From assembly GCA_977017575.1 (NCBI GenBank), contig CDRNVI010000017.1:1-64000 (forward strand): a stretch of 64,000 bases of DNA. Direction: 5' to 3'. Below are positions 56,169-64,000 of this stretch, piece by piece. Origin of the DNA: Paramoeba atlantica (Eukaryota > Protista > Discosea). Position 1 is the first letter of the stretch; every line of letters begins with the position of its first letter. The notes under the pieces are model-generated. The model searched no databases. It worked only from the letters and a program-made list of their open reading frames with translations, and had not been told where the DNA came from. The translations under genes were made by a program, and so were the position numbers.

Positions 56169-59100
56169 AACCTTTTTGTAAAATTTTGCAAAATGGCGGA
56201 TGCGTCCGGTGCGCAGGAGTCCACGCGCATTATGAATCTTCTTTTGCGTTCCACGCTTGATCGGGGGGACTTGTTTCGTCCTCACAAGGGCGGGAGGAGT
56301 CCTGCTAAGCTCCGCGCGAGGTCGTTGAGACAGTTGTTGCTGCGTATGGAAAAGGGGGCGAGGCTGGCAGTGGTGTGGAGATACGGGTATAGTGATGATT
56401 TGAAGTTGTGGGAGGGGGTCGTCGAACGATGGCTTGGCTTGTGGCGCATTCGATACACCGAGCGCCCGCGTGAAACACTTCCGTTTCCCCCTTTAAGTCC
56501 TTTGATCGTTCTCTGCGCTGCTCGTGTTTTCAAACCTTTTTCCCTGTCCAGCAGAAAAAAGCGACATCGCAAAAGTAGGGCATTGTCCGGCAAACGTGCT
56601 CTTCATGACTCGGAGGGTCCTAGAGGCCCCGCTGTGAAGGGAAAGCTTAACGTGGCAACCTTGAATGTGACTAGTCTAAAGCTAAAGGGTGAGGATGAGT
56701 TTAGTTTGAGAAAGTGCGGGCACCTGTATGAAGTACTTAATTTTATGAATATGAAAGGAATCAATATTCTGGGAATGCAGGAGACAAGGTACAGATTTTC
56801 GTCTTCTGAAAAGTCGGAGGTACTTTGCCGCAAAGTACAATACCAGAATTCGGAATATTTCTTCAACCTCATTACAGCTCGCGCGAAGGATGCGTACAAT
56901 GGAATGGGCATCGTAAGCTCAATGCCTATGTCCAAGGTATTTCGAGTAAGTGAAAGGATCATGGTTGGTGAATTTGAGATGGAAGACGGAGTTGGGACAG
57001 TTGTTAATGTTTATGCTCCTACAAGAGATTCTTCGGAACTCGCGCTATCAACATTTTACGGAGATTTAGAAAAGTGTTGCACAAAAGCATTAGAAAACAA
57101 TCTGCGACGCCCTCTTTTCGTGATAGGAGATTTCAACGCCCCCTTAACGCTTATATCAAACAAAGAAATGGACCCACTGGCTGTTGCTCGTCTCAAAGGT
57201 CTTTCCTGTGCTATGGGATGCAAATCCGCGCATAGTCTGTGCCCTAGTAGTAGGAAGTGGACGTGTGAGCTGCCAAACAAAACTTTGCGTCAATTGGATC
57301 ATATATTTATAAGCAGCCGATTCGCATCAGCCATTCAGCGCCACAAGGTCGTAAAGGCACCAGTTCCCACAACGCACTGCTGTGTAATTGCCAGTGTAAA
57401 AATTAAATGGAGAGCAGTAAACCCGAAAGCTGCAAATAATTATCTCTCTTGGGCCTTTCTTCGAAACAGTGAAAATCTTCAAGCATTTATTACCAAAGTT
57501 CACTCTCAATCTGAGAAGGGGGGTAATATCAAGCAAGGGTGGGAACGACTTTCGAACAGTATAATAACCGCCGCCAAAAATTTTAAGAAGCCACAAAAAC
57601 GTACGATAAACAGAGAACCTATTAAGCATGTGAAGATAAATAACCTGCGGGGCCTTTATCAGAGAAGCAGACAGAAGACTACGTTTAATGAGTTAATAAA
57701 AGAACATAAAAAAGATATTGAACAGACCATTTCGGAAGAATGCTTAGAACTTGAGAACAAGCTTCGCAAGAATCACTCAAATCCATGGAGAACTCTTCGG
57801 CAAATATGTGGACAATACCGTACTCAGTTCAATACAAATGGTGAGACGCGTGATATGAAACTACAAGCGATCCGTGAACATTTCTTAAAATTCAGTAATT
57901 ATGATGCAGGAGATCCAAATATCAGTTTCGACCCTATTCCACCATTATTCGTGCCGATCGAGGATGGCCCATTTATTGTTGAGGAGTTGACTTTGTCAGT
58001 GAAGCATTTTGGGAGAGGACGAGCACCCGGAAGCGACGGAATACCTATGGAGGCACTACAAGCTATCGCAAGTCACGAAGTTCTAAGAGAGCAGCTTTTA
58101 GGTATAATAAACAAAGTTTATGAGACCGGGTCTACGGATGAAGCTTGGCGAATGACACTCCAGATACCCATACCAAAGAAAGGGGATCTCACTGACATTT
58201 CAAACTGGAGGCCGATATGTGTGGTGAATAGCGTTGTTAAACTGATGAATCACATGATTCTTTCACGCATTCGGCCCAGCGTAGAAGGTTTCCTACGCGA
58301 TAATCAGTATGGGTTTCGGCCAAACAGATCTACAGCTGGCGCCCAAATCATTATGAACGAGGTTAAAACCAAGGCTTTTCGAAAAGACGGAATAATGGTA
58401 GCCTTTGTAGATTTTGCTAAAGCATTTCCCTCCGTATCCTTTGCTGCTATAAAAGCCTGCCTAAATGCTTTCCGAGTTGGCAATCGATTGTCCACCACAA
58501 TCTTGTCCATCTATCGCGACTTGAAAGGAACAGTTCGAACGCCGTTTGGTAATACTGAACCTTTTCCAATCACCACAGGGATTCTACAAGGGGATGTATT
58601 AGCTCCCTATCTATTCGTTATGGTGATGGACAGGATTCTACACAAGGCTCTCGACGACGGATCAGATGGTGTTCTTCTGAAATCTAGAGGTACACGAAAG
58701 CGAGGGTTAAACGAAAAACGACTGAGTGATATCGATTATGCCGACGACGTCGCGCTATTTAGTGATTCGAGGGAAGGTTTGCAAAATATGATAAACAGCG
58801 TTTCTCGGGAAGCAGTCAAAGCTAATCTACGACTTGCGGTTGGTCAAACGAAAACTGCATGGATGTCTTTTGGTAAAGTTGCACGTTCCGAAAACGACCC
58901 CGTCATCTACAACAACAACTTGGAGGTACCAAAGGTGGGGTCATACAGGCATCTGGGGCAACGTCAAGATCAAGATTTTTCTTCCACTGTAAAAGATCGA
59001 TTAAAGCTTGCATGGGGATCACTCCATCGTTTAAATGGAATTTGGTCTTCTCCTCTAAGTGAAGGGATGAAACTTCGACTTTATGATGCCTTAGTTTACC

Positions 59101-60483
59101 CTGTGCTGAATTTTGGAATGGGAGCAGTTCATATTTCTCAAAAGGAGCTCCGTAAAATTGATATTGAGGTCAACACAATGAGAAGAATTGCCACCCGTTC
59201 AAACAAAGTTGATGAGTACGGGTTATGCTACCCCAACGCTTCTCTCTATGTTAATACCGACAGGTTTTCTCCTATTCATAAAGTACAGCGAGCAAAACTG
59301 GTGGGACATATGATCCGTCATTCTTCAGACTTTCGGGAACTGATTCAATGGAAACAACGTAGCAACGCTAGATTACCTTCCCCAAGTGAAGCTTGTGTTA
59401 AAGATCTTGGCATTACTATTGAACAAGCATTGGTTTACGCCATGGACCGCGAGCATTGGTTCAGAATTACAGAACAACTTCGTGACAACCTTGAACCAGC
59501 TGCAACCTATATAAAATCTGGCACGCAAAAGTGGAGAACCGCCGTCACAAAAGCCAAGAAGACTAAAGACTTGCGCGAGTTACAGTATATTGAAGAGTCA
59601 ACGGATCCTTTCCCTAACTTTAAAGCTATGCAGATATATACGGATGCTTCTATTAAGAGTATGGTTAGTTCTCAGGAAATTCGAAGTGGCGCTGGTATTG
59701 TGGTTATACCAACGAAAAAAGATCCAATAAGATGTTCAATCCCACTGGAAGTTACAACAATTGAGAGAGCAGAACTTCAATCGTTTTATTTAGCTCTCAA
59801 CAAATTGCCAGAAAATTCATGCGCGTGCTTGTTTCACACAGATTCGCATTACGTTTGGGACTTCTTTCACAATTTACGAAATAAACGGCGCATTGTGGGA
59901 TACACTGGGACAAAAAATGGCGACCTAATGTATGATGTGGACGCAAAGCTCAGGTTACTAAAATTCCATTCGTATAATATATATTTGTGCAAGGTAAAGG
60001 CGCACATTGGAAACAAATGGAATGAGGAGGCAGATGGTCTAGCACTTTTGGCATCACGAAAAGTGGCACGGGCTCCGACCCAAAAAAGGAGAAAAACAAC
60101 TGCTAACTCGGAGGATAGTGAGAATTCACAACCGTTATGGTCTTTGAAAGCCTTACTCAAAAGGAAGTCCCTTGGAAATAAGCAAGCACGAGACATTCCA
60201 TCATCCAAGCGCGAAGCTGAGGCGGAAGGGGTATTTCGAGGGAAGGTTGCGAGAGCTGGCGGTAATAGGAAACCGTCTAAGTAGGGAGAGAATTGATGGA
60301 ATTATTTCTTTGCCAACTTAGAATACCTTGAGGATTATTCATAGGTTATCGGAAAAATATTGTTTGTTTGTACCGTATCAGACACATATAAACTCTGAAC
60401 GTGGAAGCGATAGATGAAAGCTTTCAAGGTGTAAACATTAAGTTTTTCAACCGACTTTACGTCGGTCTTTTGGATTGGATTGG
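56169..60483 (+). mobile_element. Full-length LINE L1 copy b with TSD ACGGTAACAGCATC (56155-56168 / 60484-60497)
   Basis: Intact ORF, 3' UTR hairpin ACCGAC-TTTAC-GTCGGT, (TTGGA)n tail. Confidence 0.96.
56193..60284 (+). CDS. L1 polyprotein (1363 aa): N-terminal barrel-like domain, APE, RT, RNase H
   Basis: MADASG start homologous to L3; APE, DYADD and RNase H motifs all present. Confidence 0.95.
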   Translation: MADASGAQESTRIMNLLLRSTLDRGDLFRPHKGGRSPAKLRARSLRQLLLRMEKGARLAVVWRYGYSDDLKLWEGVVERWLGLWRIRYTERPRETLPFPPLSPLIVLCAARVFKPFSLSSRKKRHRKSRALSGKRALHDSEGPRGPAVKGKLNVATLNVTSLKLKGEDEFSLRKCGHLYEVLNFMNMKGINILGMQETRYRFSSSEKSEVLCRKVQYQNSEYFFNLITARAKDAYNGMGIVSSMPMSKVFRVSERIMVGEFEMEDGVGTVVNVYAPTRDSSELALSTFYGDLEKCCTKALENNLRRPLFVIGDFNAPLTLISNKEMDPLAVARLKGLSCAMGCKSAHSLCPSSRKWTCELPNKTLRQLDHIFISSRFASAIQRHKVVKAPVPTTHCCVIASVKIKWRAVNPKAANNYLSWAFLRNSENLQAFITKVHSQSEKGGNIKQGWERLSNSIITAAKNFKKPQKRTINREPIKHVKINNLRGLYQRSRQKTTFNELIKEHKKDIEQTISEECLELENKLRKNHSNPWRTLRQICGQYRTQFNTNGETRDMKLQAIREHFLKFSNYDAGDPNISFDPIPPLFVPIEDGPFIVEELTLSVKHFGRGRAPGSDGIPMEALQAIASHEVLREQLLGIINKVYETGSTDEAWRMTLQIPIPKKGDLTDISNWRPICVVNSVVKLMNHMILSRIRPSVEGFLRDNQYGFRPNRSTAGAQIIMNEVKTKAFRKDGIMVAFVDFAKAFPSVSFAAIKACLNAFRVGNRLSTTILSIYRDLKGTVRTPFGNTEPFPITTGILQGDVLAPYLFVMVMDRILHKALDDGSDGVLLKSRGTRKRGLNEKRLSDIDYADDVALFSDSREGLQNMINSVSREAVKANLRLAVGQTKTAWMSFGKVARSENDPVIYNNNLEVPKVGSYRHLGQRQDQDFSSTVKDRLKLAWGSLHRLNGIWSSPLSEGMKLRLYDALVYPVLNFGMGAVHISQKELRKIDIEVNTMRRIATRSNKVDEYGLCYPNASLYVNTDRFSPIHKVQRAKLVGHMIRHSSDFRELIQWKQRSNARLPSPSEACVKDLGITIEQALVYAMDREHWFRITEQLRDNLEPAATYIKSGTQKWRTAVTKAKKTKDLRELQYIEESTDPFPNFKAMQIYTDASIKSMVSSQEIRSGAGIVVIPTKKDPIRCSIPLEVTTIERAELQSFYLALNKLPENSCACLFHTDSHYVWDFFHNLRNKRRIVGYTGTKNGDLMYDVDAKLRLLKFHSYNIYLCKVKAHIGNKWNEEADGLALLASRKVARAPTQKRRKTTANSEDSENSQPLWSLKALLKRKSLGNKQARDIPSSKREAEAEGVFRGKVARAGGNRKPSK

Positions 60484-63400
60484 ACGGTAACAGCATCCCT
60501 AATGAATGGTGGTACAGAGAAGGCCGTTTTCTATGCACCTCATGCGGACGCCACTACGACAACCACAAACGATCATCGCACACACACAGCTGCAAAGGAA
60601 CGAAAACCGTCGCGCTCCTTTCTCCCGAACTTCTTACTCCACCCAACGAAGTGAGCACCGCACCAACACCAGAGAACACCAACTTTGAGCTCCCACCTCT
60701 TCCTTCTGTCTGCTCTCTTCAGCTGAGTACGTGCAAAGACGTGCCTTATCGTTGCCGCCAGATCTGGGAAGAAATCCTCTCCTCCGCCATTCGGAACGCG
60801 GTCTCTGAAAACTCCTTACAGGCATGGACGCTTCTGGCCATGCTTCCCAAATGCGTTTTACCAGCTCCGCATCGAGGGGGCCGCAAAGGCCACATGGCAT
60901 ATGCCTCACATGCGTATAAATGCATGCAGCGTTGGGCGGAACAAGAGTACTCGGACCTATGGAGCGAAGCAATTGTAGCCTGTCGAAAAAAGCAAAAATC
61001 TCCAACGGAATTCCCTGACGAAGACGAGAAGGCAGCGATTCGAGCAGAACTCCTCGTCCGCCACGGCGAGCTCTCTAGAGGGTTGGCCTCCCTAACGTCA
61101 GATCCAATGGCGCCTGACGATGACGAGACATTTGAAAAATTGCTAGAAAAACACCCCCGTCGTCTTCAAATTGACTCGTGCGAAAACTGCCCGCCCCCGA
61201 ACTGCGCTCCACTGGAACTTGACGAACGCGAAGTTGCAAAGACGCTGAAGAGCTTCAACAGGGGTTCCTCTGCCGGCACTATGGGATTACGCCCAGAGCA
61301 CCTACAGGCAGCACTGCTCGTACACGGAAATGACTTTCTCCGATCCCTCACAAAGCTAACAAATCACCTCCTAGCTGGGAAGGCACCCTCTGAAGTACAG
61401 GCGCACTTCGCAGGGGCGCGCTTATGCGCCCTATCAAAGGGCGAAAATGATGTTCGTCCGATCGCTGCCGGTGAAACCCTTCGGCGATTAGCGAGCAAAG
61501 CCGTATGCAACGCAATCCGACCCAAAGCGAGCGAGCTCTTTGAAGGCAAACAGTACGGAGTGGCAGCGACAGCCGGGGCCGAAAGAGTCATTCACATGTG
61601 TCGCCTGGCCATGTCGTCCAATATGGAAAACCCGAACTTCGTCATGTGCAAAGTGGACCTACGTAACGCTTTCAATAACGTAAGCAGGGCTGCCTTCCTT
61701 CCACTAGTACAGGAATATTTCCCGGAACTCTTCCCTTGGATCAATTGGTGCTATTCCGACCCCAGCTCTCTTACCTACGGGGCCCGATTCATCTCCTCCG
61801 AGGAAGGAGTACAACAGGGCGATCCCCTAGGACCATTGCTCTTCTCGTTAGTGGCCCTGGAGCTCTCAGAAGCCATTAACCTTCAAACTGATATTCCCGC
61901 CCAACTCTGGTATCTCGACGATGGCGTCCTCGTTGGCCAGGCGCAGGAAGTTAGAGACGCCCTAGACACGATCGCCCGAGTAGGACCTCAATGGGGCTTG
62001 TATCTCAATACGTCGAAATGCGAAATTATTACTTCCCCCAGCTCGGCCCACCAGGCTGATTACTTCCCAGACATACCCGACGAGAAGATCAATTCGCAGG
62101 GGAACTTTGACATACTAGGGAGTCCTGTAGGATCCGCCGACCACTGCTCTGCTTATCTTCTTTCTCACGCCCTAGAACCAGCCGAGGATACCCTCGATGC
62201 CATCACCAACATTCAGGACCCCCAGGTCGCGCTTGCCCTAATTCGTCAATGTGCGGGGTTCTGTCAAATGGTGTATGCCATGAGAAGCACGCCCCCACAG
62301 TCCCTGATTCACCTTTGCTCCCGTTTAGACGACTTTCTCATGACCGCTATAGAGGCAATCATCTGTCCTCTGGACAGGTCAGCACAATCTCAAGCACAGC
62401 GACTGAAGCGTCATGGGGGATTAGGTCTGAGATCCGCAGCTCTCCACGCTTCCGCGGCTTACGTTGCATCCGTCGCCTTTGCCTCTGCCACAGATTCCTG
62501 GGATCCCACAGACGCTGAAGGTTTCTCGGAGGCCATCCTCGACATCAATCAGAAGGCCGGCACTGCTCTCCTCGATCCCCGAGGTCGTGTTCTCACGACT
62601 CCCAACGCCCCATGCGAGAAGGCCCTGAGCGCGCCGTACTCCTACCGGAAGAGAAGGCGCCCTCCGCCAGGGAATGATCCTCACCCCCCGGACGAGCCTC
62701 CGGGACATATTCTTCGTACGACTTCCCGCACGGCCAACACACCCACGGATGCCTACCCACTCTCGACTCCCCTCTACGGTTCTGAAGAATGCCAGGACAT
62801 GTTACCCCCACAGTGGCCCAAAGGGAAGATCCCGCGCCAGCGGGTAATCAGTTATGCTATTGCAGCCCATGCCTTTTCCCAGGAATATGAGACAACTGAC
62901 GCACGAACCCGTGCAAGGTGGATCTCCCAGTGTGGCACGGGAGCGAGCAGCTGGGCCTTTGTGACTCCTTCGAAAGACCTTGGGCACGCCTTTACCCCCA
63001 CACAATTCCGAACTTTGGCCCGTTGGTGGTTAGGCGTGGACATCTACCATGAAGATAGCACGTGCCCCATGCCGAAATGCTCGCTCCCCCTTGACAGCAA
63101 AGGGGACCATGCACTGTCTTGCAAACATGGCCATGGTATTGTGACCAGGCACAACGCTGTTACGGACCAGTTCGCGGACGTGTGCAGTCGAGCCCGCCTC
63201 GCCCCTCAACGAGAAAAGAGTCTCGGGAACAGGGGCCCAGGCGGGGCCCTCACCAGACCTGGCGACATATACTTGCCCAGCCTTTTTCTTGGAAATCCCA
63301 TTGTGCTTGACTTCGCGGTCACCCATGCTCAGCAATTAAAATATACGGACAAAGTCCGAAACGCTAGCTGGGTTGCCGCGGGGTCATTTGCCGAACATTA

Positions 63401-64000
63401 TTCCTCAATGGAGAAGGGCAAGCAGCGTCGAGAAGCCGTAGAGGCAGGATGCGACTTTACGGCCATGGTTGTCGAAAGTTATGGCGCCTGGAGCCCCAGC
63501 GCTTCAGCCGTGCTCCGCAAAGTCGGTGAGAGGTGTTCGCACGCCTCGGGGGGTCTACTTTCGGAAGGTGAGGCAACGAGCCGAATCTTCGCTGAACTAA
63601 ACATAACCCTTATGCGCTTTCAAGCGCGCATGATGGTTGCTCGTTCACCTTCCGAAGACCCCATCGCAACTCTGGAGGAATAGCCTCCAGAGCGGCCCGA
63701 GGCCGATCGAGCCGACAGTGCCTATCCTCACGCCTCGCTTTCACGAGCAAGGTACCCCAATGTGAGACAGGTATGGATTCGGAACATTCATCCGAATCCG
63801 GCGATCAAAACCCAACTTCGTGACCGTGCCGCTGTCGGCACATGCCCGCGCCTGCGCCCTCCCGCATAACAAGGGAAGGGTTCCCAAGCCAGGCCGTGGA
63901 GAGGTCGAGAGACCCGGTCCGAAGCGCGCACTGCTGGAAGAAGGGGTGGAGCACTCGCGGATTGATTTCTGGGGGGAAGTGAGGGAAAGAGGAGGGCAAA
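60484..64000 (+). mobile_element. Type E 3' part: second C2H2, RT, CCHC, RLE (stop 63683) and rearranged 3' module; runs off the window
   Basis: WYLDD, CPMPKC..HALSC, RPGDIYLP; module remnants at 63715-63775 and 63820-63930. Confidence 0.93.

Noticed and set aside
63865-63905. Twister-ribozyme resemblance (GGTTCCCAAGCCAGG..GTGGAG) inside the 3' module
   Set aside because: Only the L4/P2-like strand resembles twister; I could not place the U/AA cleavage strand or P1, so no assignment was made
291-63999. Numerous 60-150 aa ORFs antisense to or overlapping the polyproteins
   Set aside because: Shadow ORFs of long GC-balanced coding sequence; no motifs; repeated only because the parent elements are repeated

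Overview
Eukaryotic window made almost entirely of non-LTR retrotransposons; no ordinary host gene is recognisable. (1) The backbone is a strictly co-oriented (+ strand), head-to-tail array of CRE-clade-like RT + restriction-like endonuclease (RLE) elements. I labelled at least 8 sequence types: G1, G2, F, A, B, C, D, E. They are separated by 18 + strand poly(A) tracts, and many copies are 5'-truncated down to ~160-350 bp poly(A)-tailed 'tags'. (2) Every RLE copy that retains its 5' end starts, directly after the upstream poly(A), with a ~35-38 nt motif (CTTTAACGATAAAGATACAGTTTCTGTACCTTGTTG, 6 copies). It resembles the kinetoplastid/diplonemid spliced-leader exon but has no GT intron donor after it. 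(3) Families A-E share a ~240 nt 3'-UTR module with several covarying helices, a candidate novel structured RNA. (4) Four APE-RT-RNase H LINEs (3 types) are nested in the array. Three have 14-bp TSDs and (TTGGA)n tails; two carry 18-bp tandem arrays at the 5' end. (5) A ~6.9 kb block is duplicated (21095-28028 / 37734-44667). Best hypotheses (inference): an SL-capped, self-targeting retroelement array and/or a retrotransposon-built (sub)telomere in a euglenozoan-like protist. Family names are my own labels; no database searches were run.
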